From: Nitrosopumilus sp. | GTDB taxonomy: Archaea; Thermoproteota; Nitrososphaeria; Nitrososphaerales; Nitrosopumilaceae | Reading direction: 5' to 3' | NCBI GenBank assembly: GCA_965207075.1 | Contig: CBDBLO010000002.1 | Span: 1,344,001 to 1,408,000 of the forward strand | Length of the DNA: 64,000 bases | Shown: positions 20,567 through 30,194 of the stretch, one piece after another | Layout: each line of letters begins with the position of its first letter | Numbering within the stretch: the stretch's first letter is position 1 | Notes under the pieces: model-generated | What the model was told of the DNA's origin: nothing | The model's database searches: none | Seen by the model: the letters and a program-made list of their open reading frames with translations, nothing else | Program-made: the position numbers and the translations under genes

Positions 20567-20686
20567 ATGGCAAGGAGCTGCGAGTGCGGCATATGCGGGC
20601 ACCACCACGAGGACGAGTGCATCGAGAAGGAGTGCGGGTGCTGCCTCAACTTTCACATAAGGTCGGGCCCCGGAAGGCGGGGCTAG
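20567..20686 (+). CDS. 39-aa Cys/His-rich microprotein (metallothionein-like)
   Basis: Manual translation MARSCECGICGHHHEDECIEKECGCCLNFHIRSGPGRRG; TATTATA box at about 20536. Confidence 0.65.
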   Translation: MARSCECGICGHHHEDECIEKECGCCLNFHIRSGPGRRG

Positions 20687-20825
20687 CGGCCTCCGGCCCC
20701 TCTGTTTTTGCACGAGCACCTGCCCGCCGCATGCCTTGCGCACCCGAACACCCTGTGGTCCCGGCATCCGCACAGCACGCACCTCCTCTCGCCCCTGTTC
20801 CGGCCGCCGTCGGCCGCGCCGCGCG

Positions 20826-21200
20826 TCATAGCTGCTCTGCCATCTCCATCGTGGATTTCATCATCCCCTTGTCCTCGAGCGCCTCTAATATCTTGGCCCT
20901 GACGTTGTTTATGCGCATCACGTCCTCTGCGTACAGCATGTACATCGCATCAAGCTCGCCCTCAAAGTCGTACGAGTCGAGGTATGCGGCAAACTTTGCC
21001 CGCAGCGCCTTGTAGTCCGAGTTGGCAATGCTCGACTCTGGAACGCTTGAGAGCACCGCCTTGAGCGATCCGTTTATCCGGAGCATCTCCCTCTTTAGCC
21101 CGTCAATGTCAAGCGGGGCGTCCTTGATGTCGGCAAGCACGCCGTACGACTCGAGTACCTGGAGCAGCACCCTCTTCAAGTGCCCCGAATATGTGACCAT
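20826..21200 (-). CDS. Hypothetical helical protein
   Basis: 124-aa ORF (MVTYSGHLKRVL...), AT-rich promoter-like segment at about 21220-21232. Confidence 0.75.
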   Translation of the reverse strand: MVTYSGHLKRVLLQVLESYGVLADIKDAPLDIDGLKREMLRINGSLKAVLSSVPESSIANSDYKALRAKFAAYLDSYDFEGELDAMYMLYAEDVMRINNVRAKILEALEDKGMMKSTMEMAEQL

Positions 21201-21551
21201 GCCGTTACGCGGCACGTTCTTAATCTAAATATTGCCCACGCCTGCGCCGGCTCGGACGCAGGGTGGACGCGCCGGTCGCGGGCGCGCCCGGGGCGCCGGG
21301 GGACCCTGTCGGATTGGCCGCCACGTCGGGCAGCATAGCGCGAATGCAGGGCCGCCCGGCGCGAAGGGCCCCTGTCCAAAAGGGACCGCGCGCCTGCGGC
21401 TGCCACTGCCCCCGGCACGAGATGCGCGGGGGGCGGGACAGACTGCCGCGCGGGGATCCGGCGTGCCGGGTGTGTTGCGCTCGGCATGCCGCGTCCGGCA
21501 GCCGGGGTTTTGATTACAAATGCTTAAAAAAACACGCCCCGGCCTCTTGGT

Positions 21552-22898
21552 ATGGACGGCCAAAAGGCTGGCGCGCATCTTGAGTGCATACACCCCAAGT
21601 GCCCCCTTCGCTACGAGATTGGAGAGGCTAGGGTCGAGTGCGAGGGGGGGCACCTCCTCGACGTGACGTACGACCGGGGGCCCCACGTGCGCACAAAGGA
21701 CGTTTTTTACAGGCGCCGCAACTCGCAGGGGAACATATTTGACGAGAGCGGGGTCTGGCGGTTCCGGGAACTGCTCAACTTTTGCCAGATCGACACGGAG
21801 GACGCGCAGGCATGCGCGTCCGTGCTGGTGTCCCTGGACGGGGCCGAGGGCAGGCAGGCAAAGCCGTACCACATGTCCAAGGCGGCCGAGTTTGCCGGCA
21901 TCGCAAGCGACGGGCTGTGGCTCCAGCCGGAGGGCTACAACCCGAGCGGCTCGTTCAAGGACAACGGGATGACCACCGCCGTCACGCACGCCAGGCTGAC
22001 CGGCGCAGACCGCATCGTGTGCGCGTCGACCGGCAACACGTCCGCGTCGGCAGGGATGTTTGCCGCAAACGAGGGCATGTCCTGCGACGTGTACATCCCG
22101 GCCGGGCAGATTGCCCCCGGCAAGCTCAGCCAGGCGTACCAGTTCGGAGCCCAGATAATAGAGGTCGACGGAAACTTTGACGACGCGCTGCAGCAGTCGC
22201 TGACAGACGCCCGAACCGGGGGAGGCTATACGGTCAACTCGATAAACCCGTTCCGGATAGAGGGGCAGAAGACCATACCGTTCAGGGCGCTCGAGTACCT
22301 GAACTGGGCGGTCCCTGACTGGATCGTGTACCCCGGGGGGGCGCTCGGGAACACGTCAAGCTGCGGCAAGGCCCTGATGGAGCTGTACGGGTGGGGCTGG
22401 ATAAAAAAGATGCCGAGGATAGCCGTGATAAACGCGGAGGGGGCGCGCACGCTGTCGGATCTGTACAACGGGGCATTTGAGGGCACGGAGCTGCGGTGGA
22501 ACGCCGGGCTGCCCGACGAGGACGCCATCGCAAGATACTATGCAGGCCTTGACGGGCGCGGCGAGAGGCCGCGCACAAAGGCCACCGCCATACAGATTGG
22601 GAGGCCCGCCAACATACTAAAGGGGCTCAGAGCCCTGGAGCTGACCGACGGGGTCGTCACCACCGTGTCCGACGCGGAGATGCTTGACGGCATGTCGGTG
22701 GTGGGGCTCAACGGGTTCGACTGCGAGATGGCGTCCGGGGCCACCGTCGCCGGAATCAGAAAGCTCGTAAGGCAGGAGGTGATAAAGCGCGACGACGTGG
22801 TGGTGGGGATCCTTACGGGCCGGCAAAAGGACGCGATGCTGCCCGTCAAGTATCACCAGGATCCGGCCAACCGCTTTGCGATACCGCCAAAGAGGTAG
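21552..22898 (+). CDS. thrC: Threonine synthase
   Basis: NPSGSFKDNG, CASTGNTSAS, NSINPFRIEGQKT, PGGALGN, ILTG. Confidence 0.95.
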   Translation: MDGQKAGAHLECIHPKCPLRYEIGEARVECEGGHLLDVTYDRGPHVRTKDVFYRRRNSQGNIFDESGVWRFRELLNFCQIDTEDAQACASVLVSLDGAEGRQAKPYHMSKAAEFAGIASDGLWLQPEGYNPSGSFKDNGMTTAVTHARLTGADRIVCASTGNTSASAGMFAANEGMSCDVYIPAGQIAPGKLSQAYQFGAQIIEVDGNFDDALQQSLTDARTGGGYTVNSINPFRIEGQKTIPFRALEYLNWAVPDWIVYPGGALGNTSSCGKALMELYGWGWIKKMPRIAVINAEGARTLSDLYNGAFEGTELRWNAGLPDEDAIARYYAGLDGRGERPRTKATAIQIGRPANILKGLRALELTDGVVTTVSDAEMLDGMSVVGLNGFDCEMASGATVAGIRKLVRQEVIKRDDVVVGILTGRQKDAMLPVKYHQDPANRFAIPPKR

Positions 22899-22924
22899 GG
22901 GCCGGTGCGGGCCCGCGTGTGGGC

Positions 22925-23035
22925 TCAGGGGCCTGTCACGCGCACGAGCATCTCCCACATGACGTACGCGCCCGCGGCAATCCCCGCGGCGCCGACTGCC
23001 ATCGCCAGCAAAAGAAAGCTTTTTCGCTCGGCCAT
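22925..23035 (-). CDS. Putative 36-aa single-TM microprotein
   Basis: MAERKSFLLLAMAVGAAGIAAGAYVMWEMLVRVTGP. Confidence 0.4.
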   Translation of the reverse strand: MAERKSFLLLAMAVGAAGIAAGAYVMWEMLVRVTGP

Positions 23036-23387
23036 CTGCCTCTGGCGCCCGCCGCGGCCTATTATCGCTATCGTCGCGGCCGTAACCGGTGCACAAATTC
23101 GGGGGGGGGGATGTGCCCGGTCCTCTCTCCAGTGAATGGGATTCCAAATAGCATCACATGTCAATCTCGCTTCAAGCACAAGGGATGCGGTGCAGCATAG
23201 ATCAGACCGCGCTCTGAGTTTCATGAGCGGCCCGTCTCGTCCGGATGTGCGGCTTTTGTGTCAAGAGCGTGAAAGACGGGGGGCGGGGCCGCCGGAATGA
23301 CTGCAGATGCGGACACCTTGCCAAAGGACATGCATGCCAGCCGCCACAACCCGCGCCCTGCAAACCACAGTGCGGCCTGGAACGGCC

Positions 23388-24182
23388 TCACCGCATTCCG
23401 AGGTACAGCCGTCCAAGCTCCCGGTGCGCCAGCAGCTCCTCCGGGGTCCCGTCAAAGACGTTCTTGCCGTTTGCCAAAAGGTACACAGAGTCCCCCAACC
23501 TCAGTGCACGCCTGACGTTCTGCTCCACCAGAATCACGGAGATGCCAAACTCGTCCCTCAGCTGTCTTATCTTTGAGAGGACCTCCAAGGCGAGCTTGGG
23601 CGACAGGCTGGCAGTCGGCTCATCAAACAGCATGACGGTGGGCCTCCTGATGAGCGCCATGCCCATCGCGAGCATCTGCCGCTCCCCGCCGCTGAGCGTC
23701 TGCGCCTTTGAATCCTCGTACGTCCTCAGTATGGGGAACGTCTCTAGTATCTCAGGCACCCTCTCTGCGAACTCTCTTGCATCCAGTGTGTACGCGGCCA
23801 TGACAAGGTTCTCCCTGATCGTGAGGTTGGCAAAGACGTTGTTGACCTGCGGCAGGTATGCTATCTTCTCCCTTGCTATCTCGTGCGGCGTGAGCTCGGT
23901 GATCGGTCTGTCATGGAACCTTATCTGCCCCCCGTATATGGTGCACAGCCCGAATATGCTCTTTAGTAACGTGCTCTTGCCGCTCCCATTGGGCCCGACT
24001 ATGACGGTGATCTCTTGCTCCATTGCCTCAAAGTGCACGTCAAAAAGTATGTGGCTGCTTGCGTAGCCGGAGCTCAGGGTGCTGACCCTGATGATGGGGC
24101 TGTCGTCGCCATCCTCCTTGACGGCGCCTCCCCTGTTGGCGCCTGTGCTGATGCCACCGGCAGTCTCGCCCATCCTACTCAC
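23388..24182 (-). CDS. livF: Branched-chain amino acid ABC transporter ATPase (LivF-like)
   Basis: GPNGSGKST, LSGGERQMLAMGMAL, DEPTASLSP, LVEQN. Confidence 0.92.
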   Translation of the reverse strand: MSRMGETAGGISTGANRGGAVKEDGDDSPIIRVSTLSSGYASSHILFDVHFEAMEQEITVIVGPNGSGKSTLLKSIFGLCTIYGGQIRFHDRPITELTPHEIAREKIAYLPQVNNVFANLTIRENLVMAAYTLDAREFAERVPEILETFPILRTYEDSKAQTLSGGERQMLAMGMALIRRPTVMLFDEPTASLSPKLALEVLSKIRQLRDEFGISVILVEQNVRRALRLGDSVYLLANGKNVFDGTPEELLAHRELGRLYLGMR

Positions 24183-24936
24183 CTAGGTACGACTCCACGA
24201 CCTTTGGATCCTTTGTGACCTCATCCGGGTCGTCCTCCGCGATGATCTTGCCCCTGTTGAGTACAAAGACGCGCTCTGCATACTGCAGTGAGATGTCCAG
24301 CCTGTGCTCGATTATCAGAAACGTGATCTTTTGCTCCCTGCAGATCCTCTTGATCCTCTCAAAGATCTCGTGCGCCAGGGTGGGGTTCACCCCTGCGATG
24401 GGTTCGTCCATCAGGATCATCTTGGTGTCTGCCATCATGGCCCTGCCGAGCTCTAGCAGCTTCTGCTGCCCTCCGCTGAGGTTCCTGCTCCAGACGACCC
24501 CCTGCCCGGTCAGGTTTACCATCTCCATAATCTCCGATGCCTTGTCCGTCGCCCTCTCCTCGTCATGCCTCCATCTTGACCTTGTCGGGGCCGCAAGGAA
24601 TCCCTCGCCGCGGTTTTCGCCGCTTGACACCAGAAAGTTCTCCTCCGTCGTAAGGTTCCTAAACGGCTGCGGTATCTGCCACGTCCTGACCAGCCCCGTC
24701 TTGAAGGTGTCGAACAGCCCCCTCTGCGTGATGTCGGTCCCGTCAAATGTGACGCTGCCCGCGTCCGGCTTCATGAGCCCGGAGATCACGTTTATCAGCG
24801 TGGTCTTGCCGCTCCCGTTGGGCCCGATCATCTGGTATATCCTGCCCGCTTCCATCCCCATGTCTATTCCGTCAAGGACGACCATGCCCCCGAATTGTTT
24901 TCGGATACCGGAGAGTGACAGGATCATTGCCATCAC
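24175..24936 (-). CDS. livG: Branched-chain amino acid ABC transporter ATPase (LivG-like)
   Basis: GPNGSGKTT, RTWQ, LSGGQQKLLELGRA, DEPIAGVNP, IEH, DPKVVESYLG. Confidence 0.92.
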   Translation of the reverse strand: MMAMILSLSGIRKQFGGMVVLDGIDMGMEAGRIYQMIGPNGSGKTTLINVISGLMKPDAGSVTFDGTDITQRGLFDTFKTGLVRTWQIPQPFRNLTTEENFLVSSGENRGEGFLAAPTRSRWRHDEERATDKASEIMEMVNLTGQGVVWSRNLSGGQQKLLELGRAMMADTKMILMDEPIAGVNPTLAHEIFERIKRICREQKITFLIIEHRLDISLQYAERVFVLNRGKIIAEDDPDEVTKDPKVVESYLGE

Positions 24937-25254
24937 ATCTGGGAGGCCGCTGCATGATTAAGGGTTTCTGCAATGGCCAAGACGTCGCGGGGCCGCCTAG
25001 TTGGTAGACTGACCCCTCGGGTGGGAGGTGGGGAGGGGAGCGGGGAAGGGAGGGGGCGGTGGTGACGGGGTTTCCGGGACATGTGCGTGCAAATGGATGC
25101 CGCGTCAGACCTTGCGATATGTAGATTAACTCTGAGTTTCCCCCTACCGGAGATGAGCCGATCATTTGCAGCAGGCAAGCCCGCGGGCCACACATGCACC
25201 CGAACCGGCGGCGCCGGGAGAGAGGCAGGGCAGCCCGCGTAACGGAGACATGAA

Positions 25255-26193
25255 TTGGCTCTCGACCCAATATTCTCTGATGCAGTCATATTTGCAAGCC
25301 TCCTGTCTCTCTTGAGCATAGGCCTGACGCTCACGTACCTCACCACGCGCGTCCCGAACTTTGCGCACGCCTCCTTTGCCACGATCGGCGTCTACATGGC
25401 GCTTGTCGCGACCCACGTCTGGGGGGTCACCCCGTACGCCTCGATCCCGGTCGCGTTCGTGGTGTCCGGGCTGGTCGCCGTCTCGTTGTATGTCTTCATA
25501 CTAAAGCCTCTGATACGGAAGGGAGCCTCGCAGGCGATCCTGATGATCGCCACACTTGCCTTTGACCTGATACTGATCGCGGGTCTGAACATCTTCGCGG
25601 ACTTTGTGGTACAGACGTTCAGGATCGCATCAAGGGAGTTTACGCTGCGCAGCTACGACGCCGAACTGGCGGGCCTTCCGATGGTAGTCTTCGTGGCGCC
25701 CGCCGCCATAGCCGTCCTGTCGCTGACGTTGTATGTAGTGCTGAAGAAGACAAAGTTTGGCATCGCGATGCGGGCCGCCACCGAGAACCAGGACCTCTCA
25801 GAGACCGTGGGGATCAACGTAAATCTAATCTACGTCGTCTCCTGGATGCTGGGGGGCGGGCTTGCGGGGGTGGCGGGCGCGCTCATGTCCCTGTGGTTCC
25901 AGGGAGATCCGAACCTGGGCCCGCTGATGATCCCAAGCGTCTTTGCCGCTAGCATCGCGGGGGGCTTTCTGAGCATCTACGGTGCGATTGCAGGAGGCTT
26001 GCTGCTTGGGCTTACGGAAGTTCTGGGAACCAGGTTTCTCGCCGGCGAGTTTGGCTCCTGGCTCATCGCGTACCGTCCGCTCATCCCGCTTGCGTTCATC
26101 GTGGTGACCCTGATGCTGGCGCCCCGGGGGATGGCAGGAATTGACTGGTCGAGGCTGGGAAGGAGAGTGAGGAGGCATGGTTCTGGAGACTGA
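25255..26193 (+). CDS. livH: Branched-chain amino acid ABC transporter permease (LivH-like)
   Basis: GLTLTY....PNFAH, TKFGIAMRA, C-terminal PRG; TTG start. Confidence 0.92.
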   Translation: MALDPIFSDAVIFASLLSLLSIGLTLTYLTTRVPNFAHASFATIGVYMALVATHVWGVTPYASIPVAFVVSGLVAVSLYVFILKPLIRKGASQAILMIATLAFDLILIAGLNIFADFVVQTFRIASREFTLRSYDAELAGLPMVVFVAPAAIAVLSLTLYVVLKKTKFGIAMRAATENQDLSETVGINVNLIYVVSWMLGGGLAGVAGALMSLWFQGDPNLGPLMIPSVFAASIAGGFLSIYGAIAGGLLLGLTEVLGTRFLAGEFGSWLIAYRPLIPLAFIVVTLMLAPRGMAGIDWSRLGRRVRRHGSGD

Positions 26194-27256
26194 AGCCATA
26201 TTCCTCATAGACCTGCTTGCAATATTCGCGGTCTACGTGATCGTCAACCTGAGCCTGAACATGGAGTTCGGGTATACAGGGATCCCGAACTTTGGCAAGG
26301 TGCTGGCAGTCGGGGCAGGGGCGTTCGTCGCCGCGTCGGTTCCCGGCAGGATATTCGCAGCCATGGCGGGCATCGAAGGGGACTACGTACTCGACAACCT
26401 CGCCATCGTCTCCCAAGTTAACGCATGGCTGGTGGACAACACGGGAATCGGGTTTGCCATCTTCTTCCTGACGCTGGGAGTAGCTGCCGCCGTGGGAGGG
26501 GGGCTGGGAATTCTCACGTCATATCCTGCGATACGCATGCGCGGCGACTACCTTGCCATCACGCTGCTGGCGTTTGGCGAGAGCATCCGCATAATCGGCA
26601 ACAACTTCACCCCGCTCGTGGGCGGGACGCTGGGAGTCCAGCTGCCGGACCCGCTGTCCTTCCTTCCCGACGAGATCCGCTTCTCGGTGGCCACGCTGGG
26701 ACTGGTTCTCATTGCGGCTGCCGTCTTTGTCTTTAGCGAGAAGATGATCCGCTCGCCGCTTGGAAGGCTACTTCGGGCCGTCCGCGACAACGAGGTCGCT
26801 GCGGAGTCCCTAGGAAAGGACACGGCGCGGATCAGGATGAAGGTGATCATGATCTCGGCCGCGCTCGCCGCGGTGGGCGGCGCGCTATACGCATTCTACG
26901 TGGGCGGCGCCATTGCGTTTGCATACGACAGGGCGAGCTGGACGTTCTGGCCGTTCCTCATGATTCTGATAGGCGGGCTTGCAAACAACAAGGGGGTCCT
27001 GTTCGGCACACTGATCTTCGTCACCGTGCGAAAGCTCATCATCTTCTTCAAGGACTCCTTTGAGGGACTGGTCCCCTTTGACATCATCTGGCTTGATTTT
27101 CTGCTACTGGGCGTGATACTGCTGGTGATACTGCTGTACCGCCCGCAGGGGCTGTTTGTGGAAAAGCCTACCGCGACGATTGGGAGAGGGGCGGGACGCG
27201 TCAGAAAGGATCGGGGCGGGGCAGGAAGAAGGCTGTTTGACTTTCTCTTCAGGTAG
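26177..27256 (+). CDS. livM: Branched-chain amino acid ABC transporter permease (LivM-like)
   Basis: LNMEFGYTG..NFG, RMRGDYLAITLLAFGE, SPLGRLLRAVRDNE, RPQG. Confidence 0.92.
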   Translation: MVLETEAIFLIDLLAIFAVYVIVNLSLNMEFGYTGIPNFGKVLAVGAGAFVAASVPGRIFAAMAGIEGDYVLDNLAIVSQVNAWLVDNTGIGFAIFFLTLGVAAAVGGGLGILTSYPAIRMRGDYLAITLLAFGESIRIIGNNFTPLVGGTLGVQLPDPLSFLPDEIRFSVATLGLVLIAAAVFVFSEKMIRSPLGRLLRAVRDNEVAAESLGKDTARIRMKVIMISAALAAVGGALYAFYVGGAIAFAYDRASWTFWPFLMILIGGLANNKGVLFGTLIFVTVRKLIIFFKDSFEGLVPFDIIWLDFLLLGVILLVILLYRPQGLFVEKPTATIGRGAGRVRKDRGGAGRRLFDFLFR

Positions 27257-27725
27257 GTCGTGCAGGCCCGGCCCATCCGTATGCGCCATCCCTCCCCCCC
27301 CCCCCGCCTAGCGACCTCTGGCAGGAACCACGACTCACCGGCATTCCGGGAGATGCTCGGGGGGATTCCGGACGGCGACGGGTACGTCGTGACGGACGCG
27401 TCGTATCCTATCAAAAGGAGGTGCCATATGATCGCGTACAGCAGAAGAGCCGGCTCCCCCCCCCACCCCCCAAGTGCATCTGTTGCAACCTCTCGTCTTA
27501 TCCCTGCGCGCTCCTTTCCCCGCGAACACATCACGTGGGCGCTGTAGATGGGTTTCGGATTTTGAGGCTGGGCCGACGGAACTGCCCGCCATGATCAGAA
27601 TTTTCCGGGCTTTCGACGGCTTGACCGCGTCTGCACCCGTTGAAACGTCCGCAACAATCACCAGAATATCGCCGAGTTGGACGCGCCAGATTGTGCCAAG
27701 CATTTAAGAACTATGCATCGCAGGT

Positions 27726-30194
27726 ATGATATTGGACTCAAAGAAGGGAGCCGCGATCGGGGTTGGCATAGCCGTGGTAATTGCCGCCGCCGTGGCGGCA
27801 GGCATTATGGGTTCGGCGCCCGTGGACGAGGCAGATGATCAGGTAGCTCCGGATGACGAAGGCGTGCCGGAGGCGCCGGCCGTTGAGGAGACGGTAGTGG
27901 AAGGAGGAGACGGACTCTCAGGCGACGTTACGATAGGGCTGATCCTGCCGCTCACGGGGGACCTGGCGCACAAGGGTCACGAGAACTGGGAGGGCTCAAA
28001 GTTCGGGCTGCAGCAGTTCAACAAGTACCTCGAGGAGAGGGGCGAGCCGTGGCAGCTCAGGATGGTCTCAGAAGACTCTGCGACCAACCCGGTCGTGGCG
28101 CTCGAGAAGCTCACCTCGCTCAAGGCAAAGGGGATCGACATCGTGGTCGGCCCCGAGACGAGTTCCAACATACGAAACATCAAGGGCTATGCGGACTCAA
28201 ACAACATGCTGCTGTTCAGCTGCTGCTCAACTGCGCCTGCGCTCTCGATCGCAGGCGACAGCGTCTACCGCTTGGTTCCAAACGACACGTTTCAGGGCAC
28301 GGCAATCGCAAAGAAGATACAGCACGACGGCGCCCAGGTTCTGGTCCCGATGTGGAGGGGAGACGCATGGGGCGACGGGCTCACGGAGGCCACGGTAAAG
28401 TCCATTGAGGAGCGCGGCCTTGCGGTGGCAGAGGGGGTGAGGTACAACCCCGAGTCCCCCGAGTTCTCCGCGTCCGTGTCGCTACTGGCCGCACAGGTGC
28501 AGGAGCTGGCAGAGGACTACGAGACGGATGAGATAGCAGTCGCGATATTTGGCTTTGGCGAGACGGTGAACGTGGTGCAGGCTGCGGCGCAGCACGACAT
28601 ACTTGACGACGTCAGGTGGTACGGCGGAGATTCCAACGTAAAGGAGATCGGGTTCATAGAGGATCCGATAGCATCCGAGTTTGCAGACAAGGTGCAGTTT
28701 ACCGCCAGCCAGTTCTCGATATCAGAGAACGAGGTTACAGAACAGATCGATGAGCACGTGCTAGAGGCCCTGGGACGTGAGGGATACGCCTACATCAACA
28801 CGTCCCACGACGTGGTGTGGCTCCTCGGGCTCTCCATACTGGAGGCGCAGAGCACGGACGTGGACGCGGTAAAGGCCGTACTTCCGGAGGTGGCCTCCAA
28901 GTACTCGGGCGCCCTTGACTCGGTAGACCTGAATGAGGCCGGGGACCTCAGCGGCGCGGACTATGGGGTCTGGAGTATAATAGACAACGAATGGGTGCTT
29001 GCCGACGTGTATGACTTTGAGACTGACTCCATAGTAGACCCGGCCGCCGACGCGTCCGAACTCTCAGGCGACGTTACGATAGGGCTGATCCTGCCGCTCA
29101 CGGGGGACCTGGCGCACAAGGGTCACGAGAACTGGGAGGGCTCAAAGTTCGGGCTGCAGCAGTTCAACAAGTACCTCGAGGAGAGGGGCGAGCCGTGGCA
29201 GCTCAGGATGGTCTCAGAAGACTCTGCGACCAACCCGGTCGTGGCGCTCGAGAAGCTCACCTCGCTCAAGGCAAAGGGGATCGACATCGTGGTCGGCCCC
29301 GAGACGAGCGCCAGTATACGAAACGTCAAGGGCTATTCGGACTCAAACAACATGCTGCTGTTCAGCTGCTGCTCCAGCGCGCCAGGACTTGCGATCGCAG
29401 GCGACAGCGTCTACCGCTTGGTTCCAAACGACACGCTGCAGGGCACGGCAATCGCAAAGAAGATACAGCATGACGGCGCCCAGGTTCTGGTCCCGATGTG
29501 GAGGGGAGACGCATGGGGCGACGGGCTCACGGAGGCCACGGTAAAGTCCATTGAGGAGCGCGGCCTTGCGGTGGCAGAGGGGGTGAGGTACAACCCCGAG
29601 TCCCCCGAGTTCTCCGCGTCCGTGTCGCTACTGGCCGCACAGGTGCAGGAGCTGGCAGAGGACTACGAGATGAATGAAATAGCAGTCTCTATATTCGGCT
29701 TTGGCGAGACGGTAAACGCGGCCCAGACCGCATCCCAGTACGACATACTCGGTGACGTCAGGTGGTACGGCGGGGCATCCAACGTAAAGGAGATCGGGTT
29801 CATAGAGGATCCGATAGCATCCGAGTTTGCAAACAAGGTACGGTATACTTCCAGCCAGTTCTCAATATCGGAAAACGAGATCACCAAAAAGATAGACGCC
29901 CACGTGCTAGAGGCCCTGGGACGTGAGGGATACGCCTACATCAACACGTCCCACGACGTGGTGTGGCTCCTCGGGCTCTCCATACTGGAGGCGCAGAGCA
30001 CGGACGTGGACGCGGTAAAGGCCGTACTTCCGGAGGTAGCCTCCAAGTACTCGGGCGCCCTTGACTCGGTAGACCTGAATGAGGCCGGCGACCTCGGCGC
30101 CGCGGATTATAGGATCTGGAGCGTCATAGACAACGAGTGGGTGATTGCCGACGTGTATGACTTTGAGACTGACTCCATAGTGCCCCCGGCCTGA
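27726..30194 (+). CDS. Membrane-anchored LivK/LivJ-like substrate-binding protein with two tandem binding domains
   Basis: N-terminal TM anchor, acidic linker, two 382-aa periplasmic-binding-protein type 1 domains (IGLILPLTG, VVGPETS, YRLVPND). Confidence 0.92.
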   Translation: MILDSKKGAAIGVGIAVVIAAAVAAGIMGSAPVDEADDQVAPDDEGVPEAPAVEETVVEGGDGLSGDVTIGLILPLTGDLAHKGHENWEGSKFGLQQFNKYLEERGEPWQLRMVSEDSATNPVVALEKLTSLKAKGIDIVVGPETSSNIRNIKGYADSNNMLLFSCCSTAPALSIAGDSVYRLVPNDTFQGTAIAKKIQHDGAQVLVPMWRGDAWGDGLTEATVKSIEERGLAVAEGVRYNPESPEFSASVSLLAAQVQELAEDYETDEIAVAIFGFGETVNVVQAAAQHDILDDVRWYGGDSNVKEIGFIEDPIASEFADKVQFTASQFSISENEVTEQIDEHVLEALGREGYAYINTSHDVVWLLGLSILEAQSTDVDAVKAVLPEVASKYSGALDSVDLNEAGDLSGADYGVWSIIDNEWVLADVYDFETDSIVDPAADASELSGDVTIGLILPLTGDLAHKGHENWEGSKFGLQQFNKYLEERGEPWQLRMVSEDSATNPVVALEKLTSLKAKGIDIVVGPETSASIRNVKGYSDSNNMLLFSCCSSAPGLAIAGDSVYRLVPNDTLQGTAIAKKIQHDGAQVLVPMWRGDAWGDGLTEATVKSIEERGLAVAEGVRYNPESPEFSASVSLLAAQVQELAEDYEMNEIAVSIFGFGETVNAAQTASQYDILGDVRWYGGASNVKEIGFIEDPIASEFANKVRYTSSQFSISENEITKKIDAHVLEALGREGYAYINTSHDVVWLLGLSILEAQSTDVDAVKAVLPEVASKYSGALDSVDLNEAGDLGAADYRIWSVIDNEWVIADVYDFETDSIVPPA
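27914..30181 (+). repeat. Intragenic tandem duplication, 1146-bp period (27914-29035 and 29060-30181)
   Basis: Long nucleotide-identical blocks (e.g. 27914-28162 = 29060-29308) alternating with short divergent patches. Confidence 0.97.

Noticed and set aside
27914-30181. SBP duplication as a diversity-generating retroelement TR/VR pair
   Set aside because: Differences are not adenine-specific, both copies are coding within one ORF, and no reverse transcriptase is present
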